Below are positions 40,577-50,315 of a DNA stretch of 64,000 nucleotides, one piece after another (positions within the stretch are counted from its first letter, which is position 1; every line of letters begins with the position of its first letter). The DNA comes from Acidimicrobiia bacterium. GTDB taxonomy: Bacteria > Actinomycetota > Acidimicrobiia > Spongiisociales > ZC4RG35. Made by a program: the position numbers and the translations under genes. Under the pieces are notes generated by a model that ran no database searches, had not been told where the DNA came from, and worked only from the letters and a program-made list of their open reading frames with translations. The stretch is from assembly GCA_965203555.1 (NCBI GenBank), contig CBDBCY010000004.1, positions 736,001 through 800,000 of the forward strand. The letters are read 5' to 3'.

Positions 40577-41602
40577 GTGAGCAACCTGTTCTTGAAACCC
40601 TTCGACCGCTTGGGCCGCACACTGGCCGATCTGCGAATCTCGGTCACCGACCGCTGCAATTTCCGTTGCACGTATTGCATGCCCAAGGAGATATTCAACC
40701 GCGAATACAAATTCCTGGAGCGAGGCGCACTGCTCAGTTTTGAAGAGATCGCCCGTCTGTCAGGCATATTCACCTCCCTGGGCGCCAGGAAAATCCGTCT
40801 GACCGGAGGGGAGCCCCTTCTGAGAGCCGGCTTGGAGAAGCTGGTGGCCATGCTGTCCAACACATCGGGAGTCTCCGATCTGACCCTCACCACCAATGGC
40901 ATTCTCCTGCCCCGCAAGGCCCAGGCCCTGGCCGAGGCAGGCCTGGACCGGGTGACGGTCAGTCTCGACTCGTTGTCCGACGAGGTGTTCGGCGCCATGA
41001 ACGACGTGGGGGCAAAGGTGGCCGACGTACTGCTCGGGATCGAGGCGGCCGCGGCGGCGGGTCTGCATCCGATCAAGATCAACATGGTGGTGAAAAGGGG
41101 AGTCAACGACCACTCCGTCCTGGAGATGGCCGAGTATTTCCGGGGCACGGGGTACATTCTTCGCTTCATCGAATACATGGATGTGGGCGCCACCAATGGG
41201 TGGCGGCTGGAGGAGGTGACGCCGGCTCACGAGATCGTCAACCGCATCAATCGAGTATTTCCCATCGAGCCGGTCGAGCCCAACTATCGAGGAGAGGTGG
41301 CCCGGCGCTGGCGTTTTGTGGACGGCCAGGGAGAGATCGGGGTGATCGCCTCGGTGACCCAGCCCTTCTGCGGGGACTGCACGCGGGCCCGGATATCGGC
41401 CGACGGTATGCTCTACACCTGTCTGTTCGCAACTTGCGGCACCGACCTGCGGGAAGCAATCAGGTCGGGGGCTTCCGACCGGCGCCTGCGGCGCATGATC
41501 GCGGGAGTGTGGTCGGAGCGGGTCGACCAGTACTCGGAGCTTCGCTCGGGGGAAACCGCTGGAATCGGCCAGAGGGTCGAAATGAGCTACATAGGGGGTT
41601 GA
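40577..41602 (+). CDS. moaA: GTP 3',8-cyclase
   Basis: CNFRCTYC radical-SAM motif, FCGDCTRAR...CLF, C-terminal MSYIGG. Confidence 0.97.
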   Translation: MSNLFLKPFDRLGRTLADLRISVTDRCNFRCTYCMPKEIFNREYKFLERGALLSFEEIARLSGIFTSLGARKIRLTGGEPLLRAGLEKLVAMLSNTSGVSDLTLTTNGILLPRKAQALAEAGLDRVTVSLDSLSDEVFGAMNDVGAKVADVLLGIEAAAAAGLHPIKINMVVKRGVNDHSVLEMAEYFRGTGYILRFIEYMDVGATNGWRLEEVTPAHEIVNRINRVFPIEPVEPNYRGEVARRWRFVDGQGEIGVIASVTQPFCGDCTRARISADGMLYTCLFATCGTDLREAIRSGASDRRLRRMIAGVWSERVDQYSELRSGETAGIGQRVEMSYIGG

Positions 41603-41655
41603 GTGGTGACCGCCAACCGGATACGCATCGCAACCGTAGGACCGACCAGGGAATC

Positions 41656-41955
41656 ATGAGATCCAATAAAGAAGGAACCGGTGAATACAAGGTCTCCAAC
41701 GGGTGGCGGGTGGGACACACGCCCCAAGAGTCCACCACCCGCTCGGGTTTGCTGGTGTCAACGGGCAGCAACGGCCAGAACGACGCTCTTGCACTGATCG
41801 ACGTGGTCACCGGAAGGCACTTCTGGGCAGTCCCGACCGGCGCCTGGCGTTTTCTGTGGCCGCCTACCGGAAAGCCGGTGGTGGCGGTTCGACAGTCGCA
41901 GATAATCGCCGAGGAAGAACCCGACCAACCACTCGACGAGGGCCAGTATCTCTAG
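41656..41955 (+). CDS. 99-aa hypothetical protein, GroES-like by eye, with C-terminal GQYL
   Basis: Fills the moaA-hflX gap on the same strand; ESTTRSGLLV and VVAVRQSQIIA recall GroES segments; ends EGQYL*. Confidence 0.7.
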   Translation: MRSNKEGTGEYKVSNGWRVGHTPQESTTRSGLLVSTGSNGQNDALALIDVVTGRHFWAVPTGAWRFLWPPTGKPVVAVRQSQIIAEEEPDQPLDEGQYL

Positions 41956-41979
41956 AGCCACGGCCCGCGGGGCGTCAAG

Positions 41980-43323
41980 ATGACCTATCAGCATCTGGGA
42001 CGGGAGCGCCGTCGGCTCACCGCCACCGTGGAGGACCTCGAGGTCTCCCGGCAGAAAGCCTTCCTGGTGGGGATCCAGTTCGGCAGAAACTCCGCCGCGG
42101 AGTTGGAACAGTCCCTGGAAGAACTGGCCCTTCTCACCGACACCGCCGGATCTCTGCCGTCCGACCAAGCTGTGTTTCGCCGGTCCGCACCCGATCCCGG
42201 ACTGTTGATCGGTAAGGGTCAGGCTGCCCACTTGGCGGACCTCACCAAGAGTGAGGACATCGACGTGGTGGTTTTCGACCACTCTCTCACCCCCGCCCAG
42301 CAGCGCAATCTGCAGGCCATGTTCGAATGCGACGTGGTTGATCGGGAGGCGGTAATCCTGGACATATTCGCCCAACACGCCACCTCTCGGGAAGGATCAC
42401 TGCAGGTGGAATTGGCGTTGCTCCGCTATCGGTTGCCACGTCTGCGGGGAAAGGGTGGAGCGCTGTCCCAACAGGCGGGCGGCATCGGAACCCGTGGACC
42501 GGGAGAAACCAGACTGGAAAGTGACCGCCGTCGCATCAGGCGACGCATCTCGGTCCTGGAAAAAGATCTCGCTGCCCTCCGCAAGCACAACCAGACCCGT
42601 CGCCGTGCCCGAATCCGAACCGGGGCTCCTACCGCCGCCCTGGTGGGGTACACCAACGCCGGGAAGAGCACCCTGCTGAACCAACTCACCGGGGCGGGGA
42701 TCCTCACTGAGGACCGATTATTCACCACTTTGGATCCCACCATCCGCCGACTCCGACTTCCAGGGGGGCGAGAGATGCTTCTGGCCGACACGGTGGGATT
42801 CGTGCGGCGGCTGCCCCATCGTCTGGTAGAGGCGTTCAAGTCCACCCTGGAAGAAGTAAAAGACGCCGACCTGATGCTGCATATGGTCAACGCCGCCGAT
42901 CCCGACCCGGAGGGGCAGGTCGAAGCCGTCCGAGAGGTTCTGACCGAAATCGGAGCGGATACGGCTTCGACCATCACTGTGATCAACAAGATCGACGTGG
43001 CGCCAACCGCAGTTGTCAAACGCCTGCTGGGACGCAGCGAAACGGCGGTGGCGGTTTCGGCGTTAACCGGAGAAGGCGCCACCGATCTGATCGAAGCATT
43101 GGTGAAATGGCTGAACTCCCGATCATCCACCATCACCCTCTTGGTCCCCTACTCCCGGGGAGATGTGGTCGCCTCCCTCTACCGGATCGGAGAGGTCCTG
43201 ACCACCGATGCGACCCCGGACGGGATGCGGATCGAAGTCCGGCTTCCCCCCCACCAGGCAGCGCACTTCGCAGCCTTTGCGGAAACGTCAGCCACGGACG
43301 AGGGGCAAATCGGAGGACGGTAA
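41980..43323 (+). CDS. hflX: GTPase HflX
   Basis: ILDIFAQHA, GPGETRLE, GYTNAGKST, DTVGF, NKID. Confidence 0.97.
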   Translation: MTYQHLGRERRRLTATVEDLEVSRQKAFLVGIQFGRNSAAELEQSLEELALLTDTAGSLPSDQAVFRRSAPDPGLLIGKGQAAHLADLTKSEDIDVVVFDHSLTPAQQRNLQAMFECDVVDREAVILDIFAQHATSREGSLQVELALLRYRLPRLRGKGGALSQQAGGIGTRGPGETRLESDRRRIRRRISVLEKDLAALRKHNQTRRRARIRTGAPTAALVGYTNAGKSTLLNQLTGAGILTEDRLFTTLDPTIRRLRLPGGREMLLADTVGFVRRLPHRLVEAFKSTLEEVKDADLMLHMVNAADPDPEGQVEAVREVLTEIGADTASTITVINKIDVAPTAVVKRLLGRSETAVAVSALTGEGATDLIEALVKWLNSRSSTITLLVPYSRGDVVASLYRIGEVLTTDATPDGMRIEVRLPPHQAAHFAAFAETSATDEGQIGGR

Positions 43324-43498
43324 ACCCGGCCCGTCGTCATTAGAACGCCACCGCCGTGACTGACGAAATGGTCTGCGGCTTCCATCCCGGGTATTGTCTG
43401 TACCGCGGAAGATCGTCGCGGGGTCGGATGCCTCCACCGGTCCGTCCTCCCGTAGGCGAACACAAGGACAAGAACCCAGTTGAAGTCGGGGTCCAAGA

Positions 43499-44356
43499 GT
43501 GAAACATGTCAAACTGTCGAAGATCGGACTGAAAAAGAGGCCTGACCTGAGCGAACGTTGGGTGCAGAAGGTGCTGGAGGACGATCCCTCCCTTCTGGGT
43601 CTCGGCGACCTTGACGTGAGGGACATCGAACGCCGTCAACCCCGCGCCGGCCGATTGGACATGCTGCTCACAGACTCCGACGGTTCCACTCGGTACGAAG
43701 TCGAACTGCAGTTGGGCGCCACGGACGAATCGCACATAATCCGCACCCTGGAATACTGGGACACCGAACGTCGTCGGTACCCCCAGTACGAGCATGTGGC
43801 CGTCATCGTGGCCGAGGAGATCACCAGTCGCTTCTTCAATGTGATAAGCCTGTTCAACGGGTTCATCCCGATCGTTGCCATCCAGATAACCGCCCTTGAC
43901 ATCAAGGACGAGGGCGTGGCCCTCGTCTTCACCAAAGTGATGGACCACTCGATCCTTGGAGAAGACGAGGATGACGTGGGTATCCCAACAGACCGCCACT
44001 ATTGGGAGAAGAGATCGACGCCGGAGATCATGAAGCAGTTGGTGGACCAGATTCACAACGCGATCCGAGAGCAAGATTCCGGAGTGGATCTCAAGTACAA
44101 CAAGCATTACATCGGTCTGGCCAAGAACGGAATAGCGAACAACTATGTGGCAATGAAGCCGCGCAAAGGAAGGGTGGTGGCCGAGTTCCGCATCCAGCGC
44201 TCGGAAGAAGTGACCAACATGATCAACGAGGCCGGCATAGGCACCCTTCCTTACAAATGGGGTTGCTACCGGGTCGCCATCCCCAACACAAGAGCCCTGG
44301 AAGAACACAGCGAGTTGCTGCGGGATCTGATACGGCGCAGCAAGGACGGAAAATGA
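43499..44356 (+). CDS. Putative NucS-like PD-(D/E)xK nuclease-fold protein with an additional C-terminal domain
   Basis: E..Q...P.LLG, GRLDMLL, YEVELQLG, IVAEEI pattern; family assignment tentative. Confidence 0.6.
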   Translation: MKHVKLSKIGLKKRPDLSERWVQKVLEDDPSLLGLGDLDVRDIERRQPRAGRLDMLLTDSDGSTRYEVELQLGATDESHIIRTLEYWDTERRRYPQYEHVAVIVAEEITSRFFNVISLFNGFIPIVAIQITALDIKDEGVALVFTKVMDHSILGEDEDDVGIPTDRHYWEKRSTPEIMKQLVDQIHNAIREQDSGVDLKYNKHYIGLAKNGIANNYVAMKPRKGRVVAEFRIQRSEEVTNMINEAGIGTLPYKWGCYRVAIPNTRALEEHSELLRDLIRRSKDGK

Positions 44357-44526
44357 GCCGGTGGGTTCGATTCCCGCCGGACATGCCCGTTGCCGGAGGG
44401 GGACATCATGATTCAGACCGGAACGTAGACATCATCCGTAGCCTGGAGAGAATGCGACGCCTCAAAGCATCTTGTATCCCCCACAGACACGGGGGCATTC
44501 GGTGATCGTCAACAGCCGCGGTGGCT

Positions 44527-45315
44527 TTATTCGCCGTGCCGCAGGACTTCACCGCCGATCAGGTCCGGTCTGGCTGCTGCCAAGGCTGCCCCCACAATTC
44601 CCGCGTGGTTACCGAACCGGGCGGGTCTGAGTTCCACGGACACATCAAGATACCGGCTGTACTTGGCCCACTTGTTCACACCCCCGCCTCCGATCACTAT
44701 CAAATCCGGGGCAAACAGGGCCACGACGTGACGTAGATAGCGATTGAGCCGCTTTCCCCACTTCTTCCAACTGAGGTCGCTCTGTTTGTAAACACGGTAA
44801 GCCACGCGATCCTCGATGGGACGGTGACCACCCAACTCCAGCATGCCCAGTTCGAAGTTGGGAATCAGCCGGCCGTCGTACAGCAGGCCGCTGCCGATCC
44901 CAGTTCCCAGAGTGATCATCAAAACCGCTCCGCGGCGACCCCGGGCCGACCCGAACCTCACTTCCGCCAGACCGGCCGCGTCGGCGTCATTGAGAACGGT
45001 GACCGGCGACCCGACGACCCCCGAGAAAGTTGTCACCACATCGGCGCCCAGCCAAACATCGTCCAGGTGGGTGGCGGTGCCGACGATTCCTGTTTTCACA
45101 ACCCCGGGAAATCCGCACCCCACCGCCAGCAACGGATCTTCCCAATCCTTGCGGAAGTGGGCGACGATCTCGGCCAAAACCCCCGCCACCTCGTTGATGG
45201 TGCCGGGACGGGGCGTAGGTATCCGAAGTCGCTTGGACAGGATCTCCCCCGTGGCGGTGTCCACAACGTTTCCCTTCATCCCGGACCCGCCGATGTCGAC
45301 ACCCAGAGCCAACAT
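44527..45315 (-). CDS. ppgK: Polyphosphate glucokinase (ROK family)
   Basis: GVDIGGSGMKG, NDADAAG, TLGTGIGS, PNFELG. Confidence 0.9.
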   Translation of the reverse strand: MLALGVDIGGSGMKGNVVDTATGEILSKRLRIPTPRPGTINEVAGVLAEIVAHFRKDWEDPLLAVGCGFPGVVKTGIVGTATHLDDVWLGADVVTTFSGVVGSPVTVLNDADAAGLAEVRFGSARGRRGAVLMITLGTGIGSGLLYDGRLIPNFELGMLELGGHRPIEDRVAYRVYKQSDLSWKKWGKRLNRYLRHVVALFAPDLIVIGGGGVNKWAKYSRYLDVSVELRPARFGNHAGIVGAALAAARPDLIGGEVLRHGE

Positions 45316-45317
45316 AC

Positions 45318-46673
45318 CTAATCCTCCTCCCGGCCCACTCTCTTCAATACCCGGTCGATCTCTGCCAATCGCCTTCTGACCTCCGCTTCAAACCCGTTGT
45401 GGCTCGGGAAGAAAAACACTTGAGGACTCACTTCCGGTGGGAAATAGGACTGGCGAACGATGTGACCGGGACGATCGTGTGGGTAAACATAACCTTTCCC
45501 GTGCCCTATCCTATCCGCTCCACGATAGCCGGTGCTGCGCAAGTGGAGGGGCACTGAAGGGCTTGGTCCCTCCCGGACAGCCTCCCTGGCTCGACCAATG
45601 GCCGAAGTGACCGAATTGGATTTGGGGGACGTTGCCAAAAACAAAGTGGCATGGGCCAAGTGGTAGGCAGCCTCGGGCATCCCGACGTAGGAAAGGGCCT
45701 GGGCCGCCGAGGCCGCCACCGCCAGCGCCCAACGGTCCGCCAAACCGATGTCCTCCGAAGCCAGGATCAACAGCCTCCGGGCGATGAACTCGGGATCCTC
45801 TCCGCCTTCCAGCATGAGAAACAACCAGTAGAGCGCCGCGTCCGGATCAGAACCGCGCACACTCTTGATGAAAGCCGAAATCACGTCGTAGTGACGATCT
45901 CCCGCCTTGTCGTATTGCACGATGCGCTGCCCCAGCGCCTCGGAGATGTCGTCGGTCTCAATGCAGACCGATCCCCGTCCCTTGGCGAGATGGGCCGCCA
46001 CTTCCAAGACGTTCAGCAAGCCGCGGGCGTCTCCGCCCGACCTGGCGACGAGAGCTTCCACAGCAGGTTCCGCCATCCGCAGACGATCCCTGCCCAGTCC
46101 CCTCTTTTGGTCCGAGAGCGCCTCTTCCACCAAGGCGGTCAGAGCCTGGCCCGGAATGGGCTGGGTACGGAACAACACCAGCCTGCTCATGAGGGGGGTA
46201 TTGATCTCGAAAAAGGGATTCTCGGTGGTGGCGCCGATCAGGATCAGGGTCCCATTTTCCACGCCCGGTAGGAGAGCATCCTGTTGGTTCTTGGAAAAGC
46301 GGTGAATCTCGTCGAGGAACAGAACGGTGCGGCGCCCATCACTTTCCAGTCGACGCTTGGCGGCCCCCAAGACCTCTCTGACCTGCTTCACGCCGGCGGA
46401 AGTGGCGCTGAGGGTGGCGAACGAACCCGAACAGTAGGAGGCCACCAGCCGCGCCAGGGTTGTCTTGCCGGTCCCCGGCGGACCCCACAACACCATCGAG
46501 ACCGGGTTGCCTGACTCGACCAGGACCCGGAAGGCCGCCCCGGGACGCAGAAGGTGCGGGAGTCCCATCACCTCATCCAGATCGCGAGGCCGCATCCGCT
46601 CTGCCAGGGGGGCCACCTCCGCCAAGACCTCTGAACGCCGGGCGGCAAACAGGTCATCGGCAGGGTATGTCAT
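45318..46673 (-). CDS. rarA: Replication-associated recombination protein A
   Basis: PLAERMRP, GPPGTGKT, DEIHRF, ATTENP, SAFIKSVRGSDPDAA. Confidence 0.96.
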   Translation of the reverse strand: MTYPADDLFAARRSEVLAEVAPLAERMRPRDLDEVMGLPHLLRPGAAFRVLVESGNPVSMVLWGPPGTGKTTLARLVASYCSGSFATLSATSAGVKQVREVLGAAKRRLESDGRRTVLFLDEIHRFSKNQQDALLPGVENGTLILIGATTENPFFEINTPLMSRLVLFRTQPIPGQALTALVEEALSDQKRGLGRDRLRMAEPAVEALVARSGGDARGLLNVLEVAAHLAKGRGSVCIETDDISEALGQRIVQYDKAGDRHYDVISAFIKSVRGSDPDAALYWLFLMLEGGEDPEFIARRLLILASEDIGLADRWALAVAASAAQALSYVGMPEAAYHLAHATLFLATSPKSNSVTSAIGRAREAVREGPSPSVPLHLRSTGYRGADRIGHGKGYVYPHDRPGHIVRQSYFPPEVSPQVFFFPSHNGFEAEVRRRLAEIDRVLKRVGREED

Positions 46674-46679
46674 TTGTTC

Positions 46680-48431
46680 CTACCCCGGAGGCCTGGCTCT
46701 CGCCCTGCGTGGATCGACAACTATTCCCAACTCCGCCAACTGCCGGGGGTCCACCGTCGCCGGGCTGTGGCTGAGCGGCTCAGCCCCGGTCTGGGTCTTG
46801 GGAAAGGGAATTATCTCCCGGATGCTCGGGACTCCGCGAAGCACCGCCACCAGACGGTCAAACCCCACTGCGAAACCCGCATGGGGAGGGGCGCCGTACC
46901 TCAACGCCTTGATGAACCACCCGAACCGCTCCTCTGCCTCCTTCTCCGGAATGCCCATGATCTCAAAGACCCGCCGCTGGGTGTCGGGATCGTGAATCCG
47001 CACACTTCCCGAACCCAGTTCCACGCCGTTCAAGACCAGGTCATAGGACCGCGCCACCGCCTCCAGGGGACGATTCGTCATCTGTTCCACGTCGGTGGGA
47101 GAAGTGAAGGGATGGTGGAGGAAAGTGATCTCTCCATCCTTTTCCTCGAACATGGGAAAGTCCACCACCCACAGAAACTCCAAGGCATCCGGATCGTCCG
47201 GCGCGCCCAGGTCCAACCGGAGACGACCCAGGGTGTCGGCGGTGGTCTTCTCCGTATCGGCCACCAGCAACAGCACGTCGCCGGGCTCGCCCTCCAGATG
47301 GGCCACCACCCCGGTCAATTCAGCGTCCGACAGGAACTTGGCCACCGGGGACCTGGGAGGAGCCTCCGAACGGACCACCATCCAGACCAGGCCTCCCGCT
47401 CCCCATTGCCGGGCCTTGGCGATCATGGCGTCGGCCCGGGCCCGGCTCATCGCCATCTGCCCGGCGTTGATTCCCCGGACCACTCCTCCCGACCCCAGGA
47501 CATTGGAGAACGCCCGGAAGCCGGTGCGGGAAAACACATCCGACAGTTCGACTATCCGCATGCCGAAGCGCAGATCCGGTTTGTCCGTGCCGTAACGGGC
47601 CATGGCTTCGGAGTACGTGAGGCGCGGCAAAGGTGCGGGGACATCCTGGTCCGGCCGCAGCGCCGACGCCACCGCCCTCACCACCTTCTCCACCGTAGCC
47701 AGTACGTCCTCCTGATCCCAGAAGGAGCCCTCCAGATCGATCTGGGTGAACTCCAACTGCCGGTCGGCCCGGAAATCTTCGTCCCGGTAGCAGCGACACA
47801 TCTGGTAGTAGCGGCTCACCCCCGACATCATCAGGAGTTGCTTGTAGATCTGGGGCGATTGGGGCAGGGCGTAGAAGGCGCCGGGATTGTGGCGGCTGGG
47901 CACCAGCAGGTCGCGGGCGCCCTCGGGGGTGGAACGAATCAGGGTGGGGGTTTCCACTTCCCAGAACCCCATGTCCTCCAGCGTTCGCCGCACGGTTCGA
48001 AGCGCCATGGAACGAGCGCGAAGATTGCCGGCCATCCGTGGGCGACGCAGATCCAGGTAGCGGTACTCGAGGCGCAGGAGTTCTTCGGCATCGGTCCGGT
48101 CCTCGATCAGGAAGGGAAGTTCCTCCGAGCGACTCAGGATGGTCAGCTCATGCACGTCCATCTCGACCCTTCCACTGGACATCGCCGGATTCTCCGCTCC
48201 CTCCGGGCGCCGGCGGATCACTCCCTGCGCCTGCACGCAGAACTCCCGGCGCAACAGAACGGATTCCTCTATCCGTTCAGGTTCCATCACCACCTGCACC
48301 ACCCCGGTATGATCGCGCAAGTCCACGAACACCACCCCTCCGTGATGGCGCCTGCGGTCGACCCATCCCGCCAGGGTGACCCTCTCCCCCACTATTTCCA
48401 GGCCCACTTGCGAGGCGGTGTGACTTCTCAC
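46680..48431 (-). CDS. aspS: Aspartate--tRNA ligase, probably the non-discriminating type
   Basis: STPEGARD, LPQSPQ, RDEDFRADRQ, YGAPPHAG; His in RRHHGG and Gly in RPEG as seen in ND-AspRS. Confidence 0.96.
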   Translation of the reverse strand: MRSHTASQVGLEIVGERVTLAGWVDRRRHHGGVVFVDLRDHTGVVQVVMEPERIEESVLLRREFCVQAQGVIRRRPEGAENPAMSSGRVEMDVHELTILSRSEELPFLIEDRTDAEELLRLEYRYLDLRRPRMAGNLRARSMALRTVRRTLEDMGFWEVETPTLIRSTPEGARDLLVPSRHNPGAFYALPQSPQIYKQLLMMSGVSRYYQMCRCYRDEDFRADRQLEFTQIDLEGSFWDQEDVLATVEKVVRAVASALRPDQDVPAPLPRLTYSEAMARYGTDKPDLRFGMRIVELSDVFSRTGFRAFSNVLGSGGVVRGINAGQMAMSRARADAMIAKARQWGAGGLVWMVVRSEAPPRSPVAKFLSDAELTGVVAHLEGEPGDVLLLVADTEKTTADTLGRLRLDLGAPDDPDALEFLWVVDFPMFEEKDGEITFLHHPFTSPTDVEQMTNRPLEAVARSYDLVLNGVELGSGSVRIHDPDTQRRVFEIMGIPEKEAEERFGWFIKALRYGAPPHAGFAVGFDRLVAVLRGVPSIREIIPFPKTQTGAEPLSHSPATVDPRQLAELGIVVDPRRARARPPG

Positions 48432-49654
48432 GACCTTCCCTCCTTGATCGCCGCCTTTCTTGCCCAGTCTCCCACTCCCTCCCTGAACAGAGTCTCCCGA
48501 TCATATCCTTCTCGCATTTCCATTCTTATCCCGCTCACGACCCCCACATACCTCGCCCCTGAACGGGTGGCGGCCCGGAACTGCGCTTTCACGCTGCGGC
48601 TTTCCAAGTCGAACCCCACCCTCAGTCCCTCTTCGCGAAGAGGGGCCGCCCATTCCATCAGATCGGTGGGAGTTACCGGCTTCTCTGCAACCAGGAAGAC
48701 ATCCAGAGCGGTCTCCGGCGCCGGCGAGGCGGCCATCAGGATCCTGTCGATCCCCGCGGCGAACCCCACTCCCGGAGCAGGCCTTCCACCCAATGACTCG
48801 GCCAGTCCGTCATATCGACCGCCCCCCAGCACCGTCGACTGGGTCGTCTCCAAGGTGGTGGAGACGAATTCAAAAGTGGTGCGGGAGTAGTAGTCGAGTC
48901 CCCGCACCAGGCGCGCCGAACGCCGGTACTCGACGCCCAGACGATCCAAGCCCTCCCGGACTCGGCGGAAGTTGTCCCGGCACACCGAACACCAATAGGA
49001 GGCGATATCGGGCAGGACCGCCGCGTCCGGCCTGCATCTCGAGCAATCCAGGATGCGTAACGGGTTCAATTCAACCAACTCGAGATGGTTCACGCAGAGG
49101 TCGTCCCTGTTGCGTCCCAGCACCTCCCTCAGATCCGCCAGGTACACCCCCCGGCACCTGGAATCTCCCAGGCTGTTGATCAGAAGCCGCGTCTGCACTC
49201 CCAATTTGGACAGGAAGGTGTCGGCCAGGGCTATCACCTCGACGTCAGCCGCCTCCGAAGCCGAGCCGATGCACTCCACCCCAACCTGCCAGAACTGGCG
49301 CCTACGGCCCCCCTGAGGCTGTTCGTAGCGGAACATGGGTCCCGAGTAGGCGACCTTCCACAACCCGGTCCCTCCCCTTTGCAGGTACGCCCTCATCACA
49401 CCGGCGGTCCCCTCCGGGCGCAGACTCAACGATCTTCCCCTCCGGTCCAAGAAGGTGTACATCTGTTTGGTCACCATCTCGTTGGTCTCTCCCACCCCCC
49501 GCTCGAACAGCTCGGTGAATTCGAAGATGGGAGTGATCACCAACTCGTATCCGTAGGATGCCGAAAGGTTTTCCCACATGGCCAGCGCCTTCCGCCATCG
49601 GGAGGATTGCGGCGGACCGATCACATCGGTCCCCTTGGGGAGGCGGATGACCAT
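48428..49654 (-). CDS. hisS: Histidine--tRNA ligase
   Basis: LRPEGTA, FRYEQPQ, LVRGLDYY, GGGRYDGL. Confidence 0.96.
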   Translation of the reverse strand: MVIRLPKGTDVIGPPQSSRWRKALAMWENLSASYGYELVITPIFEFTELFERGVGETNEMVTKQMYTFLDRRGRSLSLRPEGTAGVMRAYLQRGGTGLWKVAYSGPMFRYEQPQGGRRRQFWQVGVECIGSASEAADVEVIALADTFLSKLGVQTRLLINSLGDSRCRGVYLADLREVLGRNRDDLCVNHLELVELNPLRILDCSRCRPDAAVLPDIASYWCSVCRDNFRRVREGLDRLGVEYRRSARLVRGLDYYSRTTFEFVSTTLETTQSTVLGGGRYDGLAESLGGRPAPGVGFAAGIDRILMAASPAPETALDVFLVAEKPVTPTDLMEWAAPLREEGLRVGFDLESRSVKAQFRAATRSGARYVGVVSGIRMEMREGYDRETLFREGVGDWARKAAIKEGRS

Positions 49655-49657
49655 CGT

Positions 49658-50305
49658 CTAGATCAAGCTCAGCAAGTAGGGATTGAGGTTGCGTTCCAGC
49701 CCGAGGGTAGTGCTCTCCCCGTGTCCGGGCAGCACGATCGTTTCGAACGGCAGGACAAGGATCTTGCGGCGCATGCTCTCCATCAAAGCGTCATAGTCAC
49801 CCCCCGGCAGATCGGTGCGCCCGATGGAACCGCGGAACAACTGGTCTCCCGAGAACAGAATGCCTTGGTCCCGAAGATGGAAGCAACAATGGCCCGGGGT
49901 GTGTCCGGGTGTGTGCAGAACAGTCATCTCCAGTCCCGCCAGGTTCAGCACCTCCCCGTCCGACAGGTCCCGGCGGACGGCAGGAGGGCGGTAGTCACCC
50001 GCAGGGATGACGCCCATCAGGTTGAGCAGTTGTCGATGGGGGTCCAGCGTCAGAAAGTCATCATCGGGATGGATGTGGGAAACCACGCCCAATCGCTCCT
50101 CGGCGGCCCCGGCGCCTCCCATGTGATCGACGTGACCGTGGGTGAGAAGCAGCGCCACCGGCGCCAGGTCGTACTTGGCGCACAGAGCGGCCACCCCGCC
50201 GGGGTCGGGAGGGGCGTCCACCACTACGCAGGGCCCGCCCGCCTCCGGCGCAACCACATAGCAGTTGGTCTGGGTAAACCAGAGAGAAACACTGTCAACC
50301 AGCAT
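49658..50305 (-). CDS. MBL-fold metallo-hydrolase (glyoxalase II-like)
   Basis: THGHVDH, HTPGH, GDQLF, PGHG. Confidence 0.92.
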   Translation of the reverse strand: MLVDSVSLWFTQTNCYVVAPEAGGPCVVVDAPPDPGGVAALCAKYDLAPVALLLTHGHVDHMGGAGAAEERLGVVSHIHPDDDFLTLDPHRQLLNLMGVIPAGDYRPPAVRRDLSDGEVLNLAGLEMTVLHTPGHTPGHCCFHLRDQGILFSGDQLFRGSIGRTDLPGGDYDALMESMRRKILVLPFETIVLPGHGESTTLGLERNLNPYLLSLI

Positions 50306-50315
50306 CGGGGCCCGA

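Noticed and set aside
41200-41655. Longer 251-aa version of the GQYL protein
   Set aside because: The upstream part is an alternative frame inside moaA
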